64,000 bases of DNA, taken from positions 85,560,001 to 85,624,000 of the forward strand of contig OX597814.1 of the NCBI GenBank assembly GCA_951406725.2. The letters run 5' to 3'. The position numbers and the translations under genes are program-made. The notes below the pieces were generated by a model that had not been told where the DNA came from, searched no databases, and saw only the letters and a program-made list of their open reading frames with translations. Numbering within the stretch: position 1 is the stretch's first letter; the number at the start of each line of letters is the position of its first letter. The stretch is from Octopus vulgaris. Lineage: Eukaryota. Positions 27,063 to 43,859 of the stretch are shown one piece after another.

Positions 27063-27201
27063 CATGTTTACAAGGGGGAGACAAGCACCTCCACCCAGCT
27101 AAGCCTGCATCCAGAGACTAGTTTCTGAGTCTTTGCTCGTCATCAGTCTGGAGTAGCATGGCTTGCTAGTTGGAGATGCTTGTCTAGCCCCTGTAAACAT
27201 G
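27063..27201 (-). ncRNA. hammerhead ribozyme capping a long imperfect hairpin
   Basis: Minus strand: tccaga-CTGATGA-cgagcaaagactca-GAAAC-ta-GTC-tctgga (27110-27152). Stem I continues through agacaagcatctcca/tggaggtgcttgtct and catgtttaca/tgtaaacatg. Confidence 0.8.
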
Positions 27202-27398
27202 TAAGAATTCAAGTGAAATATCTTTGTTTGAGTGATAAAGGAAGCATGATCGAATCAGTGGGTAACTAGACAACTACTGGCATTCATTTCATCATTTTGT
27301 ATAAGTAATAAGAAATTTGATAGAAGCGTTTTATTCGCCGCTTTGGTGGATTCACCATTTATACGACCAACAGTACCACTTCCTTTCTTCTCTTTCTC

Positions 27399-27453
<55 letters not shown>

Positions 27454-27462
27454 CTATCCATC

Positions 27463-27843
27463 TAGTTACTTGTTTCAGTCATTGGATTGCAACGAAGCTG
27501 GGGAACCGCCTTGAAGGGTTTAGACGAACAAATCAACTCCAGTACTAATTCCTAAAACCGGTATTGTATCGGTGTCTTTTGCCAAACTACTAAGTTCGGG
27601 GAGGTGAACAAGTCAACAGCAGCTGTCAAGTGGTGGAGACGTGAGTAAACACAAAGACAAGCGCGCGCGCACACACACGCACAGACGCACGCACACACAC
27701 ACACACACATACGTTTACCAAATCCATATACAAAGTGTTGGCTATAATAGAAGACACTTGTCTAAGCTGCCACGTTGTTGGACTGAACCTGTAATCATGT
27801 AGTAGCAAAGCGAGCTCCTTAACCACACAGCCATGCCTGCGCC
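27463..27843 (-). mobile_element. SINE family A (older subfamily)
   Basis: Colinear with 9714-10150 but diverged. Confidence 0.8.
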
Positions 27844-28214
27844 TTGTAGATAATTTTTTTTTCCAAACAATGTCTTATACTATTATTTTTCATGAACATA
27901 TCCATAAAAAAAAAAAAAAAACTGCTGTCGTAGTTTCTCTTTCATTCTATTTTGAAACCATAACTTGTCAAACTTCTGCGCACAAGCATCTTTTGTTCGC
28001 CTTACATCAGTCCATCACTTCATTCTTCAGGAATTCGGTGAAGTCATGGGACTGCAGCATGGCGGATTGTGAAGAGATAGCGGAAGAGTTCAACTGAGCC
28101 AAAGGTGCTTCTTACATGGATGCTGAGCGGAGGAATCCTAGATCAACGGTCAAGATCACCAAACTCTATGAAGAGGATAACTGCAACGTATCCATAGGGG
28201 TGGTGTCTATGGTT

Positions 28215-28330
28215 CTGTAATCAGCTAATGAAAGATTCACTATGACTCAAGCTCCCAATTCAAATTCATAATAATGGAATTGGATGGCGACAGAGTCTCA
28301 TGGGAATCCACCAAAGCGGCGAATAAAACG
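28215..28330 (+). repeat. unclassified dispersed repeat (inverted homolog at 60315-60430)
   Basis: cactatgactcaagctcccaattcaaattcataataa is the reverse complement of ttattatgaatttgaattgggagcttgagtcatagtg at about 60370-60406. Confidence 0.8.
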
Positions 28331-28458
28331 CTTCTATCAAATTTCTTATTACTTATACAAAATGATGAAATGAAATCTAATTTTCAAAAGAAAAACATTT
28401 ACTACCTTAAAATTAATACATATGTGTATGTATATCTGTGTGCATGTGGGTGTGTGTC

Positions 28459-28492
<34 letters not shown>

Positions 28493-29178
28493 CGTGTACA
28501 AGTATGTATATATACCTGTATATCTGTATGAATGTATACGTGTACATGCGTATGTGTCTATTTGTATATACGTGTGTATTTGTATATGCGTGTATATATT
28601 TATATATGTGTGTCTGTGAAAACACCCCCCACTACACAAACACAACACATAATACCTACACGCATTGTTAAGTGTGCCTAAATTTATTGTAATTTTACTT
28701 AATACGAACATATTTCTCTGTTTACATTTGATACCAACATATTTTTATTTATATTTATTCTCTTCTCTATAATACTTTGCTTTACAGAAACCAATATAAG
28801 ACATTGTTTTACATTTGAGATTGTTTAAATACCCTTTCAGTTGAGGATATTCAATTTACATAGTTTTCATTGTTTTTCAAATAGCCCTTTAAATAATATG
28901 CTTTAATTTTTTATATGTTTATATTTGATTACCACCCCGTCTATCAATCTGTTACCTTCTTTCCCATCCTCTCTTTCCTCCACCTAACACTTTTTTTACT
29001 CTCTTTCCCCTCTGGTTATAATCTTCTCCTCTACTCTCTTTCTCTCACCCCTTCCTAACCTCCACAATTTTTTCTCTCCCACTCCATTCTCTTTTACTCC
29101 TTCGACTTTGCTTAATAGGTTTTATTTCTATTATATTTTTATGCCTTACCATATTGTCCTCAACTGTTGCACTTTTAT

Positions 29179-29221
<43 letters not shown>

Positions 29222-30324
29222 TTCTCTCTCTATTTACTCAGTAAATTACTTCCTTTCCTCCTTTCCCCCTCCCTACTCCTCTGTCTCAATAATCTTTCTC
29301 TTTTACTGTGTAGCGTTCTTTACTCATTGCCTGCAACCAAGCTAACTGTATGCTCACATCTTGTGGCTCTCACCTTGTAGCTCTCATCTTAACTATCTCT
29401 CCCCCACCTCTCTTACTTTCTTTTACATTCTTTTTCCCATTCTGTATACGATATAAAGCGTGACTGGAGGAATCAGTCAACCAAGTAACCAACTTTTATA
29501 TCAGCTATTATTATATAGCTGTTAGCGAATATCAGCACGGCATGAAAACAACGAGTTGATACAGCTTCGGATAGAATGACTTGTAGTAATTGTTCTGGCT
29601 CTTTGCATCTCGAGTTCAAGTGGCACAGAGACAAATTTTTGTCTTTCACTCTTTCGGGATCTACACTTATAAAGAAGTCAAATACTGGGATCATTCACTT
29701 CTCTTTACCTCGGATTTGGTTATGTGAGATAACCAAGAAAGCAACGTTCACACCCATCTTTAGTCCGTTTCGTCTAAATGTACCCTGATAAATTACTGAT
29801 TTCTTTAAAATCAAACAGTCCAAACAAGAAGAGGCAGTATTAATGGCCTTCACAGAATAATGAGACTGATGTAGCTGACTTTTGTCGGTCGATGTCTGGC
29901 AAAGAAAACCCGCGCTAAGTGGAATTCTTGCAAATTTACGACAGGTTTGTGGAAGAATGATTGGGCGAAGTGCTTAATGCGGGACCCGTTATGGGGAATG
30001 AAGAAGAGACGAATATATCTGATGAAGGTGAGTGAAAGGATGTACGGTTAGCTAGATCTGAGGAAATGAGGGGTCATTTTGTAGAGGTAGAAAAGGAAAA
30101 TAAAGTGGAGGGGGCAACAAAGCGACTGTAGTTTTGCTTTTAGTGTTTGATTAAAGAATGATGTAGCGGAATCTTTGCCACCAATCAGTCGAATGGGTTT
30201 TTGACCGTTAGATTTATGCGTCATCAGCAAGATTTTTATTTTCAATTGTGATTAAGTGCATTTTCTACGTCTTTATTACATATATGAAACTGAATATTGC
30301 TTCCATGATTAATCGTTTTGTGTT

Positions 30325-30417
<93 letters not shown>

Positions 30418-30609
30418 TATTCTCTGCAGTGAAGAAGTAGTGTATATTAATGCTTCACTATATTTTTAGTTTTTTTTTTGTGTTGTGTGAAGTAGTGCAT
30501 TGCAATTGCTCTTTGTTGTAAATAAGCAGGAACATGCATATATGCGTGTGTATGCATATGTGTTGCGTGTGTGCATGTAGTGTGTATGTATATATATATA
30601 TATATATAT

Positions 30610-30752
30610 GTACTTTATTTAAAAGCAGCAGAAATATTACAAAAGCTTTTGTTATATTCCTGCTGCTTTTAAATAAAGCATATTACTCTATCTCTGGTAT
30701 TTGAGTAGTCTTTTTTACACCTTGTTTCACATTTTTGTGCTTATTCCGGTGC
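30610..30752. repeat. asymmetric mini-foldback element in (TA)n, copy 2
   Basis: Hairpin centred on aaaag|ctttt at 30645/30646. Inverted homolog of 8780-8920. Confidence 0.85.
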
Positions 30753-30830
<78 letters not shown>

Positions 30831-30835
<5 letters not shown>

Positions 30836-31102
30836 GTAATATAAGATTAAATTTTTCGAAAAAGAATTCTATCAATGGCCAGCATATTAAAAAATACCTT
30901 TAAAGGTTAAATTTATAAACAACTTATAAACAAGGGCAAAAGAAAAAAAATCTAATGCCAAATATGCCGAAAATAGACAAATCGTCGATAACCATATAAC
31001 CATCACTATAACCATGCTTATAGTGATAAATTATATGGTTATTGACGATTTGTCTATTTTCGGCATATTTGGCATTAAATTTTTTTCCCCTTGTTTATAA
31101 GT

Positions 31103-31105
<3 letters not shown>
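30831..31105. repeat. asymmetric foldback insert in (TA)n, ~90-bp arms
   Basis: Arms 30919-31011 and 31018-31105, loop ccatgc, unpaired left extension 30831-30918. Confidence 0.9.
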
Positions 31106-31139
<34 letters not shown>

Positions 31140-31188
31140 TTGTTTAATGTGAGAGACGAAAGATGGAAGATACAAGAACGTTTATTAA

Positions 31189-31292
31189 TCACTACAATTG
31201 TTTCGACCCATCTAGCATCGATCCCTCACGGGTGGGATACTTAGCAATTGATTTAGGAGTATCCGACGGTGTAGCTGTATCTCTTCAGGTGA
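31189..31292 (-). ncRNA. type I hammerhead ribozyme with long stem II
   Basis: Minus strand: tcac-CTGAAGA-gat...gtc-GAAAC-aatt-GTA-gtga, followed by aataaa and then (TA)n about 45 bp downstream. Confidence 0.75.
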
Positions 31293-31859
31293 ATACAAGA
31301 TGCATCTTGTTAAAACAACGAGTGTTCTGCAAGATACCGTCTCGGTTTTTGTGTAGAAAAGCAACAAATTAAGGGATACAGCTTCATTTTTATATAAAAT
31401 CAATAAGTAACAAATGCAAAAAGTAACGAAAGCACAAGACAGAAAAAGTATCAAATATGACCGTTAACAGATATGGATGTATAAATTCCCTCACTTAGAT
31501 TGTATGGCGCACGTACACTCGCTCGTACAAACATATAAGCGTACGCACACGTGATTTGGCGCACATACGCTCACACAGCGAATTAAATAGCTACTTAGTG
31601 TTTATAAGAATGGGGAGGCTAGAGCTAAACTTAATTCATCTGTACCTTAGGGTAATTCATGATTATTAAGTTGGTTAATGGTTACTCAAATTCATTTCCA
31701 CTGCATTCTGCGAAAGTGCATTTATAAGAATGTAAGAATCTTGAGAATCTTTCAGAAATTTTATTAATCCTCTTATTGGTCCATAAAATAGACAGATTTA
31801 GTATATGAACCGTCACTTCCATGTGTTTACCCACCCACCCTTATCCAAGCGTGTACTAT

Positions 31860-33510
31860 TGATTCTACCTTGGTCCTTATACCTTGCGTCCACTAACTCA
31901 CCCACTACATCTCTTTTTCCTCTTAATTTCTTACCCTGCTCCGACAATATACCTCTTCCGCCGCCTACAATCTGACCCACTCATCTCTCAATTCTCTACC
32001 TTCATGTGTGCCTGCAGCCTTCTAGACCACCGCTTCTCCTTCTCCACACTCCTCCAGGATACCTTCCCTACTCCCATCACCCACTGTCACACTTGCCCAT
32101 TTCTTTGTAAGACCGCCACTTTCGCTGGGCCAAACGGCCGCATCTTCCACATTAGAGACTCTTTTCACAGAACCTCTAGTAATCTGATACACGAGCTACA
32201 ATGTTCTTCCTATCGTTATATTTACATCGGGTAACCCGGCATCCAATTGGTCGACAGGTTCACGCAGCATCTCAGAAGTATTCGACATGGCAACGAGTTG
32301 CTTTTCTCGCAACGTTTTCGCGCCGCCGACCATTCCACCCAATAACTCACAGACGTGGTCGAAGCAACTAACCACGGTTCCCCCATCACTTACCTCCAGA
32401 GCGAACAAAAGCTCATTTTCTCTCTCCAAATTCTGAACCCCAACTCTTTTCCTTTATTGTTTCTCCAAACCAGCTCCATTACTATGCAATACTCCCTCCT
32501 TTCCCATGCCATTTACACCTACCTCACCCACACTCTTCTCCTACCCACATCTTAACCCATACTATCCTCACACCCATGGTACACGCTCTCAACATACCAT
32601 CACCGTCTCCACGTACACAGACTCATTCCTCTCTTAGACCTTCACTCTCACTTCTATACCTTCACTTCCTCTCACATATTCCCATGCATACACACACCTC
32701 ATCTCCTATGTCGTGTTTTCCCATTCACACATCCACGTAGACCAGCACGTTCACACATACACACTCGCTATTTTTGACACACACACCCACACATTTTTAC
32801 TCTTCATACACGTATATCTCACCACACACATACTGCCATTCAGCCAACAGTTTGTCTCATCACACACACACACACGCACGCACATACGCACGCACGCATG
32901 CACATGCACAAAAACCGGCTTTCTCACACCTTCCCCCTTTTCTCCTCTTATACATACATACATATGCCACTCTTCTGTTTCAAGAGATTCTTTTCCCTTC
33001 CCCCGGTATTTTCCATTACATGTTGTTCTGTCCAACCCTTCTACTCCACGCATTCCTACTCAATTCCCCGCGAATTCTATCCAATTTTCCTTCCTGTGTA
33101 TAATACTACTTCTTTGCCATCCTTGGACTCTCTGGATTTTCTACCAGTAGCATACTTTTATTTTTAAATTATCTTTTCTACTTCCTTTCTGTGGAAAAAA
33201 AGCTTCACACTCCGACATGCACTCAAAGGTACACAACTACACTCCACCCATATGCCCATCCCTAAACACGGACACCTTATCTTCTCTTTTTAACCTAACC
33301 CATAGAGCCGCAATCTCACCTGGCTTCTAACCCCCCGCCCGCCTTTTTCTCGCTGACATTTCCTCTTTCTCATACTTTTCTCTTTCTTCCGACGAAGGAC
33401 AGACGTCCGAAACATTTTTACCTTTTAGACGTTAAACAAATACAGTATTTATTAAACTTTGTCCTCCCTGTGTTGTCTTTCTCATTCTTTTACTTTTCAT
33501 TGCATTTACT

Positions 33511-33515
<5 letters not shown>
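31860..33515 (+). mobile_element. decayed Neptune-type PLE 3' portion (Cys knuckle, GIY-YIG, long C/A/T-rich 3' UTR)
   Basis: CHTCPFL...TFAGPNGRIFHIRDSFHRTSSNLIHELQC...YIYIG, then QLVDRFTQHLRSIR and EQKLIFSLQILNP across frameshifts. Partial hammerhead ccgacga-aggac-agac-gtcc-gaaac at 33389-33413. Ends in (TA)n. Confidence 0.8.
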
Positions 33516-33599
<84 letters not shown>

Positions 33600-33635
33600 T
33601 ATGTATGTATGTAACTCTCTCTCTCTCTCTCTCCG

Positions 33636-33678
<43 letters not shown>

Positions 33679-35094
33679 ACTGAAGAATTGCTATCTCGAA
33701 TGAAATAACATAGCGATCAAGCAATGTTTAGAAATTCATGTGAAAACGTGTACATCCAAATTCCAATGAAGTATTTAACTTAATTTTTTCTTTCGATTTT
33801 CGTTCGGTATTACGTATAGCGGTATAATTTATAATTTACATGGTCTTTATCCTAGAGCAGAATAATTCAAGAGAGTTAGTGTTTTTTTAATAACATCAAG
33901 ATTGCATAATCTTTACACGTATTTCACTAGCGGGTTATTGCATGTTGTGCTAAAATGTTTACATGGTCATCCCCGAGACATCTTGACGGCAGTCATTCCT
34001 TGTCTTTTTTTTCCTGTTTTTGTTCTATTGGCAAAATAAAAATACTATCCTTCCTTTCCTTTTCTTCACTACTATATAAAAAATGTTCGATTAGATTTAT
34101 ACACAGTTCTAACTTAGCTCTGTAAACCAAAAAAAAAACAAAACAAAAAAAAAACGGAAGCACAATTACGTTCTCCATTCATCTTATTCCAGTTCTCAGA
34201 CTCTTCTGTTTTGGAAGTCTGGCATAGCACTTCGCTTTCATGTTGCCAGGTAGAAGCCACATGACTGAAATAAACTTTTACGGGGAATCAAATTTAAACA
34301 GAGATCAGAAATAATTAACTGTCAAAAGGTTTAAGTTAAAAATCATCCGATTAGTAAGCCAATGGTCCTGCTATTCGTGTACGCGAACAAGTGATGAAAA
34401 TAATGTAGAGAATTTCCACTATCTGGGTAATTACCAATCGCAGAACACAGAAATTGATTCAAGACCAGATAAAATGCGCCAGCGTAATCTTTGGATGTTT
34501 GAGAGGACAGTGGAATGAAAATAGTTCATGATCGAAAACAGTCAGTCGTGAGGAATATGAATTAAACTTGTTCAGGTTTCTGAGTTGTATACGACTCTGT
34601 TATAGGCAACATATTCATAGCTGGAGATATACAAAGAGATATCTAACGAAATCCATGCACATTCGGACAGAGATATATCGGTGTAGTCGAACTAGTCAAT
34701 ATCACCTGGATTGAAGCCACGATTTCGCAGCATCAGCTTCGCTGGGCTGGCTGTATCGTACAAACGACGGTTCAAACAACTATTATTCTCTTTTATTTGA
34801 AGGAAGAATAGCAAACAAACATAGGACAAAGAAAATAGCTCAAGATTGTTGTTGAGGGATATTCACAAAATTGTGTACGAAGAAATTATTGGTAAATAAC
34901 CACACAAGTGAATGAAATCCTCTGTGACACGTTAGGAACCGAGAATGTCAACGATGAACATGGGTACAGAAAACAGCGTGGAGTGAGTGACCTACTCATT
35001 GCCATTTTTCGCACGAGTTAACAAATGCCCAGCCCTCGACCGGACTTGTTCAATATCTTTTTTCAAGTTCTAAACAAGGCGAGAAGTCATTTTG

Positions 35095-35400
35095 TGTAAA
35101 GTACTAGGAAGAAGAAATTAAGATGAAAGGAATGAATTTACTTTAGACTTGAAAGAGTCCGGAGCATAAGAAGGAGGAAAATAATAAGATAGAAGAGAGT
35201 TTCATGTCTGGCAGTTCGATGGAAAAAAAGCTACGATCATAGAAAGACTCTTATTCGTGGAAGTACAGCAGCATTTGGATGAAGACGCCGTGAGTTTCGA
35301 GTCACGCGGGATGGTACAAAGTGATTGGCCTACTTAGCCATATGCAGGTCCACAGAAGTAGACCTACGTGTCAACAATCTTCTTCGACTTTGAAGAATTA
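35095..35400 (-). mobile_element. old L2/CR1-group LINE 3' remnant
   Basis: Minus strand reads approximately SFFHRTARH*NSLLSYYFPPSYAPDSFKSKVN, resembling the conserved FF.R...WN.LP..F....FK C-terminus. Confidence 0.55.
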
Positions 35401-35939
35401 CCTACGTATAACCCATATGTGTTTCCTTCAAAGTGCATTCAAGTGTTTTGCTGTGTTTACTGGTGAAGGCATTGCTTAACTCTCTGCAGTATGTTGTGAG
35501 TATTCTCTGGAAAAGTACCGAACATAAATTAGTATCTCGTAATTGAAAGAAGTTTCTTCAAAAGCAGAGTTAAATTTCAGTCAGTTCTATCATTTGCTGA
35601 GAATTTCGCAGAAATATCACAAGTGTACTAAGAAGTATGTGTATGTATTAACATTTGTTTCGGTGTTAACTTTCATGGAAGCTTGACTTTTGCCTTATCA
35701 AGAATTATTTTAACAAAGATATTGTCTACAGTGATAAGAAAAAGAAAAAAAAAAAAGCAAGTTACTAATCCTTTCTTTGACCTATTACAAACTAATTATT
35801 GGCATTCGATTTCATTGATTTTCAGCTTAGATTAGAATGAATTAACGAACAAATCAAAGTAACTAAAAAACAGAACAAATGAACAAAAATGAAACCAATG
35901 TTTAAAAATCATATTATTTTATTCGTAATTACATGTGAA

Positions 35940-38670
<2,731 letters not shown>

Positions 38671-38967
38671 ACCATGATGGATCAATTATTACCTTATTAT
38701 CTATCCAGATGCTTTTCTTTATTTCCTCCTCCATTTTGCTTTACCATTTTTTTCGTTCCTCTTTGTTCTCGTCTTTGTTTTTCACTTTTGTTTCTGGTCT
38801 GCCTTTATTCCTTGTATTTCCACTCCTTCTTATTATCCACCTCATCCCACTTGCACTCATCTCCTTTCTCACTCTTCTTCTCCCCCCCCCTCTCTCTCTC
38901 TCTCTCTCTCTTTTTCTCTCACTCACTCACTTTCTTTTTTCACTATATCCCTCTCGTCCATCACACA

Positions 38968-39523
38968 TACAAAGTGCATTCCAGAAGTTTTGAGACTTTT
39001 GCAGGAGGGACATTCATTAATTTCAAAGAAGTATAAAACTCTAATCTAATTCAAAATAGGATACGCTAACTTCAATGCACTTGTAGCACTGCAACCACTT
39101 CATGACGTCCCCAATGGAAGTCCTTCAGAGCGAAGGTATCCAGGAGCCTTGTCACAACCTCTTTCATATTCCTCAGCTTGTTCCTTGTGACTTCAGCTAA
39201 AAGTCACAAGGAACAAGGCCTGGACTGTGGGGAAGGCGTAGGACAGTTTTAGTGCTCACCTCTGTCAAGTGGTTGGTTATTCTGTCATTCTTTTACTTGT
39301 TTCAGTCATTTGACTGCGGCCATGCTGGAGCACCGCCCTAAAGGTTTTTTTTAGTCGAAGAAATCAACCCCAGAAATTATTCTTTGTAAGCCTAGTACTT
39401 ATTCTATCGGTTCTTTTGCCGAACAGCTATATTACGGGGACATAAACACGCCAACATCTGGATAGATAATAAGGCAATAATTGATCCATCATAATGATTG
39501 TCACCGTCGTTTGCATCATCATC

Positions 39524-39575
<52 letters not shown>

Positions 39576-39900
39576 CCACCATCATCATCATCATCATCAT
39601 CATCATCCTCGTCGTCGTCGTCGTCGTCATCATCATTGTCATGTGGTTAGGAAGCAAGCTTCTTACCACACAGCCACGCCTGCGCCTATACCAGGACGGA
39701 ACTGAGAACGGCTGCTTTGTCCTGGTGCAATTGCTCCGGACATCTGTGAGAACATTTCTTCCTGAACGCCCTCAAAACCTTCACAAAATACTCTTTCTTG
39801 ACTGTTTAGCCAAAGGGAACTCAGTCAATGTAGATTATGTTCTTGCTGGAGAAAAGGTGGTGAAAGAGGTCTTCGTGAGTTTACCGGTGGGCTAGCTTTG
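38968..39900 (-). mobile_element. decayed mariner 3' half interrupted by a SINE
   Basis: 39700-39860 (-) reads KNIIYID*VPFG*TVKKEYFVKVLRAFRKK...LHQDKAAV. 39050-39170 (-) reads MKEVVTRLLDTFALKDFH...KWLQCYKCIEVSVSYFE. Confidence 0.75.
39288..39688 (-). mobile_element. SINE family A whose centre is replaced by an inverted copy of 38557-38711
   Basis: SINE sequence runs to ...acgccaacatc and resumes at catgtggttagg. The interval is the reverse complement of the (GAT)n...gatcaattattaccttattatctatccagatg block. Confidence 0.85.
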
Positions 39901-40009
39901 CCTGGTATCTTGTGCCAGAAAACAACAAGTACTAAGACGTTGCGCATAAAGCCGGAGTTTTAGTGGAAACCCAGCCTGAGCACTTTCTACATATGCCTAT
40001 TAGACTATG

Positions 40010-40620
40010 TGAAGGCTCATGGCTCAGTGATTAGAGCACCGGACTCACAATCACGAGGTAGTGAGTTCCATTCTCAGACTGGTCTGTATGTTGTGTTCTT
40101 GAGCAAGACAATATATTTCACATTGCTCCAGTTCACTCAGCCGTAGAAATGAGTTGCGACGTCACTGGTGCCAAGCTGTATCAGCCTTTGCCTTTCCCTT
40201 GAATAACATCAATGGCGAAGAGATGAGGGACTGGCATACATGGGCGACTGCTGGTCTTCCATAAGCATAATAGCTCGGAGGGTAACTTTCTACGTGCAAT
40301 CGCATGGTCAATCATGACTTGAGGGTGTCTTTTATTACACTACATCTTTAGACGCAATTTTATCTGTATTCTATATACATACATACATACATATGATGCG
40401 GAGGTGCGTGGCTTAATGGTTAGTATACTGGACCCGTGATCGTAAAATTTTTGTTTCGATTTCTGGACCGGTAATACGTTGTGTTCCTGAGCAAAACACT
40501 TCATTTCACACAGATCGCAAAAATGAGTAATCCTGAGACGGACCGGCGTCCCGTTCCATCTAATGGGAAATATATACGTCACTGAATCCATGAAATTGGC
40601 CTTAGAAGCATATGTCTTGG
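40010..40620 (+). mobile_element. two SINE family C-type copies
   Basis: Heads tggctcagtgattagagc...gagttccattc and gcgtggcttaatggttag...gtttcgatttc, each followed by gttgtgttc(t/c)tgagcaa. Confidence 0.75.
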
Positions 40621-41147
40621 GGAGGATATTTGGTCCTTGTGTATGTGTGTGTATGTGAGTGTGAGTGTGTGTGAGTGTGTGTGTGTGTGAGTGTGAGTGT
40701 GTGTGTGTGTGTGTGTGTTTACATTTGTTGTTAAACCGAATATTGTGTCCCACTACGTCTCAAAGTTAGCAGTTCATCAAGCAGAGATCTATAAAATAAA
40801 TACCAGCTAAAATACGTACTGAGGTCAGTATGATCAATTGGATTTTTGAAGATGATGCCCTATCATGGCGACAGTCGAAAGACTAACCCCAATAAAATAA
40901 TGTTTAAAGACTTAATGACTTCAGATTTAAGGTAATGGATTTCTAACCACAAGATAATGAGTTCAAAACTTCGTGTTGAACTTCCACTCTATACAATAAC
41001 TCTACATGTACATCTCAGTCTGCTTGACTTCCAACAATTAACAATTGTAATTTGAAGCTCGATTGTTAGCAGTAAGAAAGATGTCTAGATTTCATAAAGA
41101 ATTATTGTGCAAAATATTCTGAGAAAAAGTATTTTTACCACAGCAAA

Positions 41148-41191
<44 letters not shown>

Positions 41192-41651
41192 AAGTATCTC
41201 TGTGGTAACTTGAACTACTACAAGTAACAGCCAAATTTCTCTTAAAACACATCCTTTCATCAAAAGAAAACACAAATTTATAGTATTTCAGGAACAGAAA
41301 AAAAAGAATCTATGCAATGGGTCTGCTACATCAGAGGCAACCCTGGGCTAAAGAAGACACAGACAAACATACTTCACATTAAAAGATTATCTACTAAATA
41401 ATACTAATAAAGTTGACGGTATATCTTTTCATTCCCTGGTAAAACTCCATAAGATTGTTCAGGCAGAGTTGCCTCCCTTACCTAAAGACCTCAAAGTTGT
41501 GCGACCCGACCTCGTTTTTGAGGTTATTTTTGTAGTAAGAAAGAGTTGTGCAAAAAACATACATTATTTGGTAGCCGAAAGATTACTGAATCTTTTGATA
41601 CTTCATGTGTCAAAATCGGCAACTCAGTTTTCGAATCCATAAGGAACATAC

Positions 41652-41745
<94 letters not shown>

Positions 41746-41750
41746 GTTCG

Positions 41751-41793
<43 letters not shown>

Positions 41794-41977
41794 TCCCTTA
41801 TATTCCCAGTCTCCGAGAATGACTCTCCTTCAGTTTTTCTTTTTCCTCATTGTTTGTAATTTACTAACTTCCGGTCTGTTATAGGTATTGTACTTTGCAT
41901 TCTTACAACAGTTGCATCACCGATGGCTGTGTCTTCGCATACGATTATCGACTTGCCGTCTCTCTTTTGAAAATAAA

Positions 41978-42054
<77 letters not shown>

Positions 42055-42057
<3 letters not shown>

Positions 42058-42250
42058 TGTTTCACATTTTGGCACAAGGCCAGAAGTTTTGGAGGAGGGA
42101 GTAAGTCGATGACATCGACTCCAGTGCTCAATTAGTACTTATTTTATCGATCCCGAAAGGATCAAAGGCAAAGTCGACCACGACAGAATCTGAACTCAGA
42201 ACATATAAGAGCCAGAAGAAATGCCGATAAGTATTTTATTCGGCGTGAAA
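42055..42250 (-). mobile_element. SINE family B with (AAT)n tail
   Basis: Family B core; the (AAT)n tract at 41990-42057 abuts its 3' end. Confidence 0.8.
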
Positions 42251-43859
42251 AGTGCTTTGTGATACGGTATTGTTCTCCGCTTTGATGAGCCTGCAGGAGA
42301 TAATGAAAGGCCACTAAAAAGCATCACTGCGTTTAGATCATTACGCAATTAGACACAAGGCCAGTAATTTTGATGGGAGGAGGTTAATCGATACCATAGA
42401 CACTAGTATTTGATTGCTACTTTATTTATGATAATATTGTATAACAGTATTATCATAAATGATAATACCGTGTAACAGTCCTTGGGCAACAACTATTATT
42501 TCCTATTTGTTTAGCCCTAGAAAGTATGAAAAATGGCTGATATTTCCTTCAAACTTTGCTTTTGTTACATTTATTAAAATCCCAAAGAATCTATCCCAAC
42601 ATGAGCTATGATGCTCCCCAACTACTTCTACTCATGTTCAGAGGTGCATATATTGTCAGTCACTAAGGGACATGCTCAAGTGGTTAAGGTCAAGCAATCG
42701 ACAAGCAAATTTGTGGTATTGAGCTGAATATTTGCTATAACGATATTTCTGCTTCAGTAACTCAGCATTTAATCTGTCTGAAATGTAATGGAGAATAGAT
42801 CAGTTTTAAAACACTGATGTCCAGGGGTTATAGAAGCAAAGTTTGAAGGTAATAGCAGTAATTACCTTTGATTTCTGGATAGAAGTAAATATAAAATAAC
42901 ACTTATTGAGCAGGCACAAAGAAAAAATATATAAATAAATAAAAATTAAAATTTCGTTACACAGTGTAATTAGGACGCTACAATTTAGAAGGTGTAACAA
43001 GAAACTATGAGACGGAATGAAATGACTGGGCGCGGTTGTTTGACCACTGACATTTTGGTGTGGTTGACTGGACAGTCAACTTGTTTTGGTGACAGCGCAT
43101 TATGGCACGGGAGACAAACGTACACAAACTGGCACGTGCACAGAGAGAGAGAGAGATAGTGACAGACAGACAAACAGACAGAATAACAGACAGGGAGAGA
43201 GAGAGAGAAAGAGAGAGAGAGAGGGAGGGAGAGAAAGAGGTGATGAGCGATACTATACATACAAACATAACTTAATGCTCATGCACATAAATAGAGAGAG
43301 AGAAGGAGAGGGGTAGAGACGCGTTGCAGCGAGAGAAACTTCAAAACGTCTGATGCTGAATAAATCAGCGTCCGACTCGCTAACGTCTCATAGCAGAAGA
43401 AGAGGAATGAAACTGAATCCATAGCACAGTTTCTTTTCATAACAGAAGCAAATGAACCTCACATATAAGGCGTTGAAACGATGCAATTGTTAGAGTATCG
43501 GAGAGAATGTCTTGCACTATTCGTTCTGGCTGTTTTCATTCTGGGTTCAAATCCTGCCGAGGTTAACTCTACTCTTCTTCACTTCAGAATCAATAAATAA
43601 AGTACCACTAAAGCACAAGGTGCGATTTCTTTTTCGTTCCTCACTCTTTCTCTTTCAGTGTTTGCCTGTCAGATATTCTGAATCGGACCGTTCTGTGATG
43701 GGGGAGAAACAAGGGATTGCTCAAATTGGGGATCTACATTTATTTTCACTCTGATTCTATGATGACTCCACAAGAAAGACCTTAGAAATCCTGCTGATGG
43801 AACTGGAAAAGGCATGGGCCTGATGGCGTAATATTTTTGCTTCCACTTGACTTTACTCA

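Noticed and set aside
30015-30047. ctgatga...gaaa hammerhead candidate
   Set aside because: No pairing stem II or stem III.
33678-33720. ctgaaga...gaaat hammerhead candidate
   Set aside because: No stem I complementarity.
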